A stretch of 62,912 nucleotides of DNA, the filler included, from Octopus bimaculoides (taxonomy: Eukaryota): the NCBI RefSeq assembly GCF_001194135.2. It is 3 parts of 3 records of this genome, joined end to end, with 100 filler letters (N's around TTAATTAATTAA, not from the genome) between each part and the next. Parts side by side here need not be neighbours in the genome. Positions count along the whole stretch, not along the records: positions 1 to 28,441 come from NC_069008.1; 2 more parts are not named here. One strand, 5' to 3'. Under the pieces are notes generated by a model, which was not told where the DNA came from, made no database searches, and was given only the letters and a program-made list of their open reading frames with translations. The position numbers were made by a program, and so were the translations under genes. Each line of letters begins with the position of its first letter. The first letter of the stretch is position 1. Below, one piece after another: positions 13,635-25,619 of this stretch.

Positions 13635-13830
13635 TGATGTCACATAAAAAAGCATGCAGTGTACTCTGTAAAGTGGTTGACATTAGAAAGGGCATCCAGT
13701 TTGTAGAAACCAAACCAAAATGGACTATGGAACCTAGTGTTGCCCCTGGCCTTGCCAGTTTCTGTCAAGCCATCCAATCCATGTCAGTATGGAAAATGGA
13801 TGTGAAATGTTGATGATGATGATGATGATG
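13635..13830 (+). mobile_element. RTE-type 3' tail fragment ending in (GAT)n
   Basis: GTAAAGTGGTTGACATTAGAAAGGGCATCCAG...GGATGTGAAATGTTGATGATGAT; homologous to 8754-8925. Similar copies at 24238-24375 (-) and 61895-62075 (+). Confidence 0.75.
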
Positions 13831-14198
13831 ATTTTAAATATCTGTTTCCTTTTCATACATCCATTTTAGTCATTCATTTTCTATTTCTTCTTAGCCCACC
13901 TGTCCCTATGAACTCCATATCTTTTGTGTTTTAGCATATCAAAGTCAAATGTCATTAGCAATTATGCTATTCCCAAGTACCATTTTCCCCCTATACCCCA
14001 TATTGTGATTCCTTGCATGTGTCCTTTTTCCTTATCTACTTCACCCACCACCACCCCACGGTGCTGGTGGTGGTAGTTAAGCCAGGAGCTGTCCATTCCT
14101 TCTTTGCATTTTTCACAACTCATCACTATCAGCGTTACCACAATTATTAATACAACTCCTCGTGTTATCTTAATTCTGTCTTTATTAATGTATTTTGT

Positions 14199-14415
14199 AA
14201 GGTGGTGAACTGGTGGAATCAGCACGCCAGACAAAATAGTTAGTGGCATTCCATCATCTTTACATTCTCAGTTCAAATGTTGCCAAGGCTGACTTCACCT
14301 TTCATTCTTTCAGGGTCAATGAAATAAGTACCATTCTGAGTGCTGGAGTTGATGTAATGAATTAGACTCTCCCACAAAATTTCAGGCCTTGTGCCTATAA
14401 GAGAAAGGATTATTT
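14199..14415 (+). mobile_element. tRNA-derived SINE family C
   Basis: B-box-like GTTCAAAT, core CCTTTCAT.CTTTC.GGGTC.AT.AAATAAGTACCAG, tail AGGCCTTGTGCCTATA...GGATTATT. More than 12 copies in the window, e.g. 14553, 19135, 21765, 22460, 22630, 23310, 23425, 28126, 40390, 49060. Confidence 0.85.
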
Positions 14416-14496
14416 AAGTTGTTTGATTCTACCTATTTTATGTTGTTGCATGTCATTTAATGTTATTGTATGTGAGTCCTTGTGGCTAATAAAAGA

Positions 14497-14542
<46 letters not shown>

Positions 14543-14639
14543 GTTATTATTATAAAGTCGACTTTACCTTTCATCCTTTCAGGTCTGATAAGTACTGGTT
14601 GAGCACTGAGATCAGTGTTAGGGCTTGATTGTAATAGGG

Positions 14640-15100
14640 GGTCATTGTGTCAAAAATATCCTTAAGGATTTGTTAAAAATCCTTCTACTGGCACCCCTTT
14701 ACAAGGTTTTCAAACACTATAGGCTGTGTTGATGTATGACAGTCTTTGATTTGTGGTTGGGTCTGTAAGAACCTGTGCCTAAATTGAGCATTATGTCTAA
14801 GAAATTTATGATGGTTAGGTTGGTCCATATAGTATCCCTAAGACCTAGTGAGTTAAGAAAGTGAACCAAGTCTTTTCTAAATCTGTTCGGTGTATGCCTA
14901 TTTATGCCTCTAAGGATGGTTTAAAGTGTCTTTGCTGTTTAGGCCAAAGTGGATTGACAGGAATTTCTTCACAAGGGTAGTATAAGGTTGCAAATATAAG
15001 GTAGTATAAGGTTGCAGATATCCACTCTGTCAAATTCTGCCATTGAAGGAGTAATGTTATAACACCACATTGTATATATGGCAATTAAAAGAGGACAAAC
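14640..15100 (-). mobile_element. Decayed Penelope-like RT fragment
   Basis: MAEFDRVDICNL (like MGSFDGAEICDL), HFGLNSKD (like GLYRDD) and INFLDIMLNLGTGSYRP; same type as the 30400-32100 element. Confidence 0.6.
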
Positions 15101-15849
15101 ACCATGCAGTATCAACTGGAATTTGCTAGAATGACCTGGATCATGCCTGAATGGAAGTAAATGTTGCAGGCTTTGTTTGGTGGAAAGGAGGATCATTCTA
15201 AAACAAATTCATATTATCCAGGTGATTTTCTGAACTCAAAATGCGAACTAGTTGGATGCTGCTCTCATGAGTAAAAATTCATTTTGTCTGTGCGATCATT
15301 CCAATTTTGGACTAGAGAAAAATGCTCATGTACAACTGACATGGCTCAACCATAGCTGATATCAGTCCTTGGGAAGTAGCTCGTCTTTCCTCTCCAGAAA
15401 ATGTTTTGTTCTGGTTCTTTTTACGAACACCACGCCTACAGTGCTCTATAAATGTCTTCAGTATAAAAGGGGCTACATGTTTCTGATCACCATGTCTGAA
15501 GATATCAATATTGTCAGGTGCAATAGTCAGCGTGAAACTGATAGTAACTTTGTGACCAGCTATATGCCTTAACCAGTAATATACTGATCACCAACATTAT
15601 ATATTTTTATGCATGCATGTGTACACACAATAATAATTAAATGCTTAAATCAATTGTTCACTTGCATTGACCAAGTAGCCCCATATCCATGATTATATGC
15701 ATCCACTCTGCTGCACCTCAATACTTCTTCCATGAACTCTTCAAGGCTGTTGAATCCAAAACTTTCCATGAGGGGTTCGTTCTTTACAGTGGGCAAGAAA
15801 AGGACCCAAGAATTTGTAACATTCAGTAAATATGTGAGTGCTTTATTAA

Positions 15850-15962
15850 TAGTTCAGTCCCACTGCATGGCACCTTGGGCAAGTGTCTTCTACTATAGCC
15901 TCGGGCCGACCAAAGCTTTGTGAGTGGATTTGGGAGACGGAAACTGAAAGAAGCCCGTTGTA

Positions 15963-16025
<63 letters not shown>

Positions 16026-16245
16026 GTGTGTATGTGTTTGTGTGAGTTTGTCCCCACCAACATCACTCGGCAACCGATGCTGATGTGTTTTGCGTCCCCG
16101 TAACTTAGCAGTTCGGCAAAAGAGACCGATAGAATAAGTACTAGGCTTCCAAAGAATAAGTCCTGGGGTCGATTTGCTCGACAAAAGGCAGTGCTCCAGC
16201 ATGGCCGCAGTCAAATGACTGAAACAAGTAAAAGAGTAAAAGAGT
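15850..16245 (+). mobile_element. SINE family A with internal (AT)n/(GT)n expansion
   Basis: GCACCTTGGGCAAGTGTCTTCTACTATAGCC core (CORE-SINE-like), internal microsatellite and 3' CAGCATGGCCGCAGTCAAATGACTGAAACAAGTAAAAGAG; matches 20165-20570. Confidence 0.85.
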
Positions 16246-16769
16246 GAATCCTTCCCATGTATTTTGTTTATCTCTTAGATAGTTATTATGTTTGAATAGG
16301 TCTCATGGATTTTGCAGAGGATATAGGTTCCTCTTCTCAGAAAACAGGCTCCCTTTACAGGAAATAGATTTCTCTTCACCAGAAAGGGGTTCACCTTCAT
16401 GACAGATGGGATAGCTTTCATACAAGAATAAGAGATGGATTCTTCTTTAATGGAGAGGGTCACCCTCTTAACATATAACATAAATAATAGAAGTGAAAGT
16501 GGAACACAGAGGTAACAATTATTCCCATGTTAATAAATTGTTCCTGTGTTCACTCAGCATAACATCCAAACTGCTGCCTAAGAGGCTGAAGGATGTTGGG
16601 ATTTAGACACACATTGTAAACCTGCAGAAAAGTGCTATTCTGTATTCTGCTAGAATGCTAAGCAACATTCTTGAGACTTGAGGAGAATTGTCACTAAACT
16701 TCAGGATAGCATCCCTGTTAATTAAATTAGCATGTAATAACTTTTGAATGATAGTAATGATGATAGTTT

Positions 16770-17665
16770 CAAATTTTGGCACAAGGCCAACAGTTTTGAA
16801 GCTGGTGGGTAAGTCAGTTACTCCCCTGCTCAACTGGTTCTTATGTTATCAACCCCGAAAGAATGAAAGGCAAAGTTGGCCTCAGCAGAATTTGAACTCG
16901 GAACATAAGCATGGTTAAAATGCTATGAAGTATTTTGTCTGGTGTGTTAATGATTCAACCAGTTTGATGTTTTAATGATAATAAAAATAATAATGGCTTC
17001 TAATTTAGGCACATGGCTAGCTATTTAGCAGGAGGGTTAAACTAATTTCCCCGATCCATGTAATCACTTGTGCTGACCCTGAAACGATGAAAGGCAAAGT
17101 CAACCTTGGTGGAATTTGAACTCAGAATGTAAAGATAATCAAATCATTGCCAGGCATTTTGCCAGGGGTGCTAACAATTCTCCTCCACCTTTAATATAAA
17201 TTAAAATAATAATAATAATAATCCTTTCTACTGTAGGCATAAGGCCTGAAGTTTTGGGGGAGGGGACTAGTCAATTACATCGACCCCAGTATTTCACTGG
17301 TACTTAATTTATTGACCCTGAAAGGATGAAAGGCAAAGTTGACCTCAACAGAATTTGAACTCAGAACATAAAGATGAATGAAATGTCGTTAATCATTTCA
17401 CCCAGCATGCTAACGATTCTGCCAGTTCGCTGCCTTTAATACCAACAATAATAATAATCCTTGGGGTGCAAGGCCTGGAATTTGTGGGGAGGAGGATAGT
17501 GGTGCACATTAACCCCCTATACTTAACTGGTACTTGTTTTATTGACCCTGAATGGATGAAAGGTAAAGTTGACCTTGGCAGAATTTAAACTCAGAACCTA
17601 AAGACATGAAATGCTGCTAAGTATTTTGTCCACTGTGCTAACAATTCTACCAGTTCACCACCTTG
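16770..17665 (-). mobile_element. Head-to-tail array of four SINE family C copies separated by (TAA)n
   Basis: Units at ~16770, 16996, 17218 and 17455, each with GAAAGGCAAAGT..ACCT.GG..GAATTTGAACTC. Confidence 0.85.
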
Positions 17666-17689
17666 ATAATAACAATAATAATAATAATA

Positions 17690-18244
17690 AATGTACTGAT
17701 GCAGTACCAGGCAGTGGCTCTCATGGCTTTTGATCTTAATTGATTGGAAGTGTTATCTTGTATATGTTTTGTCTTGGTATAAAAAGATGGGCTACAGCCA
17801 ATATTCCCCTCAGTACTACAAATTTGCTTGTCAGTTGTTTGACCTTAACCAGTTGAGCATGTCCCTTGGTGGCTGACGATATGTGCATCTCTGATCATGA
17901 GTAGAAGTAGTGGGGGAGCATCATAGTCATGTGTCGAGAGGAATTCTTTGGGGTTTGAATAATTCACCTTTGGAAACATGGGTGTTTTGCTCAACATCCT
18001 TAAACAAACCTTATTCAGGGATCTTTTGAGCAGGATGGGCTACTCGACCTGAAGAAAATTCTAACTGGGCCCCACCTGCAAGGTAATGCGCTGTTTATTT
18101 TGATATGAGATCACCATGTCGCGCACATATGGTTGTGATGCATGTGTCTGGTGTACCCTTATCAGACGGGTAGTCATGATGGGTATAACGGGCTTCATAT
18201 ATTTTACCCCAGTGTCACTTTGATGGCATGCACTGCTCTCACTC

Positions 18245-18245
<1 letters not shown>
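17690..18245. repeat. Unclassified ~555 bp interspersed repeat (family D) embedded in (TAA)n
   Basis: Second high-identity copy at 21396-21760; no ORF or tRNA head recognised. Confidence 0.8.
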
Positions 18246-18321
<76 letters not shown>

Positions 18322-18330
18322 CAACAACAC

Positions 18331-18370
<40 letters not shown>

Positions 18371-18554
18371 CTATTTCTCTTTTAAGTCACATAGCCATTT
18401 ATAAAGAAATAGGAGAAAAAGTATAGAGTGGTTTGATTTATTTTTAACTGGTGCTTCTTTTAATGATTATGGTATGAATTGAACACAAAACAATGTGGAC
18501 CTAAACTATCTTGCCTTTTCATTATTGCAAAGGCAAAATGCTTCTGTAATCCAT

Positions 18555-19666
18555 CATCATAATTTTTGTTGTTGTTCTGTAGTAAAGTGAGTGGTTTTGA
18601 TCACTGATCATGAAGTCACTCTCTGTGTCCACAAATATTCAGCACATATTATAAGATTCAAGTTGTACCAAGGAGAACTGCTCTCTGAAGTATCACAAAG
18701 TTAATTGCTATGCTGATCACAGAAATACACATGGCAATATTATCAGACAGAATACATAGCAATCCAAATATAAAGGCTATCATTATTATATTTCTACAGT
18801 TTTAAAGCTCTTTTATTTACCATTTCTGCTCCTGGTATCAATCTATAATTTTTTTTCTCTCATGCAAGTTCTCATATCTTTCTCTGGCACTACAACATTC
18901 ACTTTCAAATGCTTTAGTTTCTTGTCTGCCTGGATTTTCATTTCCCATAAACTATTCACCTGTTCATTTTTGACAGTTTTCATTGGTCTGTGTGCATTCC
19001 ACTTTCTTGAATCTTGCAGATTATGTTTTACACAAGTCCTATGTATAACTGATGTAATTTTGTCATGTCTATCAGTTTTTGTATTGTTTCTGTACTAGGT
19101 TCTTATACTGTGATAGTATTTGAACTCACATGTTGTGAGTTCAAATATCACCAAGGTCAACTTTACCATTTATCCTTTTGGGATCAATAAAATAGAGACC
19201 AGTCAAGTACTGGAGTACTACGTCTGGTTTGTTCACTCTACATGGGTATCGTCCATGCATCGGTTTTTCTATCCATTCTTCTTTGCTCTTCTTCTTTGCT
19301 TGTTTTTTCATCTCTTCCTTAACTCTTTTAGCAAACTGGGTTACTTTCTCACTCGCCTTCATCCTAGGTTCCTCCGTCATCAGTTGTTTCTTAAACTGTA
19401 CAGATTCTTTGTATACAGAGTATAGCTTCTTTACTTTATCATGCTGGTGCACAAGCTTCATTAGAGGATCTTTTGACAGCTCAAGATAAGTATTTAATCC
19501 TACAGTGGTGGTTTTGTAAGATAATTCTAATTGAGTTAGTCCTCTTCCTCCCATGTTTCTCAGTAAATAAATCCTGTTCACGTCTGCTTTTGGGTGGTTC
19601 ATTCGAACCATGGTTAGTAGTTTTCTGGTCTTGGAGTCTAGCTTTTTTATTTCACTTATTTGCCAG
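18555..19666 (-). mobile_element. R4/Dong-clade LINE 3' part (post-RT and RLE endonuclease), interrupted by a SINE C at ~19135-19225
   Basis: LDSKTRKLLT...HPKADVNRIYL...GGRGL, KPMHGRYP, RHDKITSVIH and terminal LQRAVLLGTT. Confidence 0.85.
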
Positions 19667-19712
<46 letters not shown>

Positions 19713-19716
19713 CCAT

Positions 19717-19786
<70 letters not shown>
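19667..19786. repeat. (CAT)n microsatellite with CAC interruption
   Basis: Direct reading; source of the polyM/polyS/polyI pseudo-ORFs. Confidence 0.95.
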
Positions 19787-20164
19787 TATTGCAGTAAGGC
19801 CAAATGTATTAATCTGTCAAGTGGTTAGCTGAAGGGAGGAGTGAAAAATGAGAGAAAAAGTGTGTGAGAGAGGGGTTAATGACATGAGGTAGAGAGAAAT
19901 TTATAGTCATTATATGGTTAAAAAGTCAGTTGAAGGAAGTGATATAGAGAAAGAGAGTTAGAAACACAATGTTTAGCAGAGGGGGATGTTCTGGTAGTGA
20001 GGTTAAAGAAAGGCAAACAGAGAGAGAGAGAAAGGGGAAGTTATATTAAGAGTGAGAGGCAGAGAAAGTGAGAGAGTGTAGTGAGTCACTGTCAGCTGAT
20101 GCATTACACTGTCACATGGTTAGTGGAAATAAGAAGTGAAGAGGAAGCAAGAAATGATAATAGT

Positions 20165-20570
20165 GTAGGCTGTGTGGTAAGTAGCTTGCTTACGAACCAC
20201 ATGGTTCCGGGCTCAGTCCCACTGCGTGGCACCTTGGGCAAGTGTCTTCTACTATAGCCTCGGGCTGACCAAAGCCTTGTGAGTGGATGTGGTAGACGGA
20301 AACTGAAAGAAGCTCGTCTGATATATGCATATATACATATATGTATATGTGTGTATATGTTTGTGTGTCTGTGTTTGTCCCCCACAACATCACTTGACAA
20401 CCGATGGTGGTGTGTTTACATTCCCGTAACTTAGCGGTTTGGCAAAACAGACCGATAGAATAAGTACTAGGCTTACGAAGAATAAGTCCCGGGGTCAATT
20501 TGTTTGACTAAAAGGCGGTGCTCTAGCATGGCCGCAATCAAATGACTGAAACACGTAAAAGAGTAAGAGA
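20165..20570 (+). mobile_element. Full-length SINE family A
   Basis: tRNA-like head (GGCTGTGTGGTAAG...GGGCTCAGTCCC), CORE-like segment, internal microsatellite and 3' module. Further partial copies at 28279-28440, 32365-32665, 48465-48595 and 62750-62890. Confidence 0.85.
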
Positions 20571-21395
20571 GGGGAATGTCATGGTTAGAAAGTTTGTTGA
20601 AGTAAGAGGTAGTGAGAAAGAGAGAGAGAAATATAAGTGTTTAGCAGAGGCAAATTTTAGACNNNNNNNNNNNNNNNNNNNNNNNNNNNNNNNNNNNNNN
20701 NNNNNNNNNNNNNNNNNNNNNNNNNNNNNNNNNNNNNNNNNNNNNNNNNNNNNNNNNNNNNNNNNNNNNNNNNNNNNNNNNNNNNNNNNNNNNNNNNNNN
20801 NNNNNNNNNNNNNNNNNNNNNNNNNNNNNNNNNNNNNNNNNNNNNNNNNNNNNNNNNNNNNNNNNNNNNNNNNNNNNNNNNNNNNNNNNNNNNNNNNNNN
20901 NNNNNNNNNNNNNNNNNNNNNNNNNNNNNNNNNNNNNNNNNNNNNNNNNNNNNNNNNNNNNNNNNNNNNNNNNNNNNNNNNNNNNNNNNNNNNNNNNNNN
21001 NNNNNNNNNNNNNNNNNNNNNNNNNNNNNNNNNNNNNNNNNNNNNNNNNNNNNNNNNNNNNNNNNNNNNNNNNNNNNNNNNNNNNNNNNNNNNNNNNNNN
21101 NNNNNNNNNNNNNNNNNNNNNNNNNNNNNNNNNNNNNNNNNNNNNNNNNNNNNNNNNNNNNNNNNNNNNNNNNNNNNNNNNNNNNNNNNNNNNNNNNNNN
21201 NNNNNNNNNNNNNNNNNNNNNNNNNNNNNNNNNNNNNNNNNNNNNNNNNNNNNNNNNNNNNNNNNNNNNNNNNNNNNNNNNNNNNNNNNNNNNNNNNNNN
21301 NNNNNNNNNNNNNNNNNNNNNNNNNNNNNNNNNNNNNNNNNNNNNNNNNNNNNNNNNNNNNNNNNNNNNNNNNNNNNNNNNNNNNNNNNNNNNNA

Positions 21396-21760
21396 TATGT
21401 GCATCTCTGATCATGAGCAGAAGTAGTAGGGGAGCATCATAGTCATGTGTTGAGAGGAATTCTTTGGGGTTTGAATAATTCACCTTTGGAAACATGGGTG
21501 TTTTGCTCAACATCCTTAAACAAACCTTATTCAGGGACCTTTTGAGCAGGCTGGGCTACTCGACCTGAAGAAAATTCTAACTGGGCCCCATCTGCGAGGT
21601 CATGCACTGTTTATCTTGATATGAGATCACCATGTTGCGTACATATGGTTGTGATGCATGTGCCTGGTGTACCCTTATCAGACGGGTAGTCATGATGGGT
21701 ATAATGGGCTTCATATATTTTACCCCAGTGTCACTTTGATGGCATGCATTGCTCTCTCAT
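21396..21760. repeat. Second copy of repeat family D (left part lost in gap)
   Basis: Near-identical to 17878-18242. Confidence 0.85.
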
Positions 21761-21957
21761 GTTTTCAAATTTTTCCACAAGGGAGGGGATGAGTTGATTA
21801 AATTGTAGCCAGTGTTTCACTGGTACTTAATTTATCAACTCCAAAAGGATGAAAGGCAAAGTCAACCTCAGTGGAATTTGAACTCAGAATGTGAAGACAG
21901 ATGAAATACCGCCAAGCATTTTGCCCGGCAAGCTTGCGATTTTTCCATGTCACCACT

Positions 21958-22002
<45 letters not shown>

Positions 22003-23639
22003 GTAATAATAATGATACCCCTTTCTACTATAGACACAAGGTCTGAAATTTTTGGTAGGGATCCAGTCAATTACATCAACCCTAGTGCTGTTATTGGTCT
22101 TGAATTGACTAAACCTATCCCTAAAATTTGTGGCCATGTGCCAATTTTACAGTCAGTGTTATAAATCTCTTCTTTTGTAAACAGAACAAATGTGGTAGCA
22201 GTAGTTAGAATAAAGGTTAATCCTTATAAATCTTTTGATGCATTGTTTCAATTATAAAAGACATTATGAAAATTTGCTTTGCTTGAAACTGCCAATTCTC
22301 AAAGGAAATCATTATATTTCTAATGTCTTCAGACCTAATTGAAAGAAATTGAAACTATTTTTCCTTTTTTTTTTTTCACTAGCCAAAGACTACATTATAT
22401 AATTAGATTATGTTTTTATTATTGTTATTGTTGATATTGTTATTATCATTTTTATTATTGGCAGCGAGCTGGCAGAATTATTAGAATGCTTTGCGGCATT
22501 TTGTCTGTCCTTACATTCTGAATTCAAATTCTGCCAAGGTCGACTTTACCTTTCGTTCTTTTGGGGTTGATAAAATAAGTACCAGTGAAGCACTGGAGGT
22601 GGTGGTCGTGCACCAAAATTTTAAATCATAAAGGTGGAGATCTAACAGAATCAATAGTGCATTGGACAAGGGGCTTATTGACATTCTTGCCAACTCCTTA
22701 TGTGTTAAATTCAAATCCCTCTAGGTTATATTTACCTTTTTATCCTTTTGAAGTCAATAAAATGAGTACCAGTTGAGCATGGGGATTTATGTAATCAACT
22801 TACCCCNNNNNNNNNNCTCCACTAAAACTGATAATCTTGAGACAAAATTAGAAATAATCATCATTATTAATGTGACAAGCAGTCAGTATTGCTGGTGTTG
22901 CACAAAATGCCTAGTGCAGTGATTCCCAACATAGAGCATACACCCCACTGATGGGGGACTGGGAAAATTGTGTGGAGCATGGGATCTAAACTTATCCTTT
23001 TTTTTCTAATGGGATATGGAGTCAAAATCTTTTTTTTTTTACACAGTAAACATACAATACCTATATTCAGCCTAGCCAAACCAATCTCCCCAGCCAAGTA
23101 TACTGTGTGAAGACTTTTTGCTACAGTACAGGGCTGTTCTAATGCCCTAGTGTGTATATTTCTTTAAGGAAAGTATATGATTATGAAATATTAACAATAA
23201 AGTTGTATTTTTTACTAACCTCTGGTGGGGCACACATTTTTCTGGAAATTATAGTGGGACCTGGGGAAAAATTGGTTAGGGAACCTAATGGCTTGTCTTC
23301 AAACTCTTTGCATTCTGAGCACTAATTTTGCTTTTCATTCTTCTGTCAAGTACTGGGGTCAACTGTATCAACTAACATTCTCCTCTTAAAATTGGTGGCC
23401 TTGTGTCAATATCAGAAACTATCCCAGCTCCAGATGTTCTGATTTCAAATCTGGCCAAAATTAACTTTGCTTTCATTCCTCAACATTAGTCTAGTACTGG
23501 GGTCGATGTAACTGAGTAGCCTCTAACCCCAAATTTTAGGCCTAGTATCTATAGTAGAAACTATTATTAATGTTATTATAAAAGTCTACATTATATAATT
23601 GCATAAATAAAAATTCTTCTGTTCATGCAGCCACACTTG

Positions 23640-24238
23640 CGCCTTCTCATGATTATTATTATTGTTGTTGTATATTGGGTTTTGTTTTGTGTTTATACAA
23701 GTTGACTCCAAGTCTCTTGGAGACCTCAAGAGACAATAAGTTAGAAGTTCAAGTTGGTGTTATGATTTGATTTGTACAAAGTATAGTTCTAGAGAATGTC
23801 TGTCAAAACAAGAAAATTTTGTTTTAAAAGTAGTTTGGTGATATGATAAGTGAGAGCTTATGATAACAGTAAAAAGTGTTTGCTATTATGTTAATTTAAA
23901 AGTACTTTTGATATGTTTACAGATTTAAATGTTTTTGGAACTACATAGGCAATATTTTTCATGGGATATATGCAGTTCTCATGAGCACCATTTTAAAATT
24001 TTCTTCCAGTTTTGGGTTTCCTGGAATCTGAGATTGGTAACAATCAGCCCCTTTTGCTATCATTCCTAGGGCACCTATGACAACAGGTAGTGTTCTAGCT
24101 TTGAGATTTCACATTTTTGCAGTTTCCATTTCAAGATCTTTATAATACTTGCTCAGTTTTTGGTAGGCCTTGACAGATACATTTATGTCAATTGAGACAG
24201 TCATATCAATGAGGAGGCATGGTTTTTGTCTGAAATCA
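23640..24238 (-). mobile_element. R4/Dong-clade LINE 3' end
   Basis: CLLIDMTVSIDINVS.K..QKLSKY.DLE...PVVIGALG...QIPGNPK; 3' UTR homologous to 37282-37490. Confidence 0.8.
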
Positions 24239-24702
24239 TCATCAGTTAACATCTGTTGTCCATGCCAACATAGGTCGGACAGCTTGCCCAGTATTGGCAA
24301 GCTGAGGAACTGCACCAGACTCTAGTCTGATTTGATATGATTTCTATGGCTGGATACCCTTCCTAATGCTGACCACTTCATTACTGAAATGATATAAGCA
24401 TGTTGTATTAAATGGATGAACCGATGTAGACTTCAGACTGTGTTGTCTAAGTGGTAGCAATAATAGCCTGTTCCCATAGTACCATTCGTTGCAATTTGTT
24501 GGAATGAAAACCATTTGGAACACACTGTTTATTATGAAAGATATCTTAAATCCTCAGCAAATATTCAACTATTTTCTTTTTAGTTTCAGTATCAAAGTCT
24601 TCTTTGTAAGCAAAGATGAAGCCTATACAAATATTCTCTTCAGCTATTGATTACAAACCGAAATATTGCATGTACATTAACCTATTAATTTATGGTGTCT
24701 AA

Positions 24703-25050
24703 GACCCAACCATGTTAGTTAGAGACCATGTCCATAATATGGCCTTGTGTGCCTGGACGCTGCATGCAGAATTGTTTTCGTTTGGGAGCTGGGTTGTCCT
24801 CACAATAATCACACACTGTTTATGTGAAGGAGTGCATGATTGAGTCACAATTATTGATTCCCAACCATGTCGGCAACCCAACATCACATGACCCAACCAT
24901 GTTTGTTAGAGACCATGTGCTTAATGTGACCTTGCATACACCAATGCTGCATGTAGAATTGTTTTCATTTGGGAGCTGAGTCGTCCTCACAATGGTTGCA
25001 TGCTGTTTACACGAAGGAGCGCTCAGTTGAGCCACACCTATTGATCCCAA
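24703..25050. repeat. Diverged tandem duplication, period 187 bp
   Basis: GACCCAACCATGTT.GTTAGAGACCATGT starts at 24703 and 24890, with shared GAATTGTTTTC.TTTGGGAGCTG.GT.GTCCTCACAAT. Confidence 0.85.
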
Positions 25051-25619
25051 GCTGAAATACCACGTGACAATGTTGTTTTCAAGTACTTCCTTGCCACTCT
25101 GCCACCTTACCACATCATTTCTTTCATATAGATTTCTCTCCTGTGGTGCTGTTGAGCACGTCCACAGGCTTAATTTATCACATAGATGTAGTTCCTACGT
25201 CTGTTGGTTGTTCAGCATGGCAGCTGCAAGGGAGAGTATATCCATTGATGGCTTCTTGGTGCATTCAAAAATCACATAACCCCCACTCACTTTTCTATGA
25301 CAAGGTTAGGGCCTGGAATCTTCCAAATAGATACATGGCATGTCACTTAGTCAAATTAACCCTTCATTTACTCCACAAATGTTTTGTTATCAGTGCTGCA
25401 CTTCCCCATATCACATGTTTCAATTTAACTGTGCCATATTTACAAACTATATCATTTAGATCCTGAGCAACACCGGGTGTGTCTGCTAGTATATATATAA
25501 AATGAACTTATTGTATATAGTACTCAGATGCACTACAATTCAACAGAAAAAAAGTAATTAAAACTACATGAACAGTACATGGAATATGCACAGGAAATGA
25601 ACAGTAAAAAAGCCTTAAA

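Noticed and set aside
15300-15580. Open ~90-codon frame on the - strand (..APDNIDIFRHGDQKHVAPFILKTFIEHCRRG..) and a + strand acceptor at ~15397
   Set aside because: No start codon, no convincing splice pair and no recognisable family; it abuts a decayed Penelope RT and may belong to it.
16770-17665. Regular repeat-spacer pattern superficially like a CRISPR array
   Set aside because: Units are ~220-bp tRNA-derived SINEs with microsatellite spacers in a eukaryotic genome; no cas genes.
19141-19832. PolyM/polyS/polyI-containing ORFs
   Set aside because: A (CAT)n tract fused in frame to a Dong LINE fragment.
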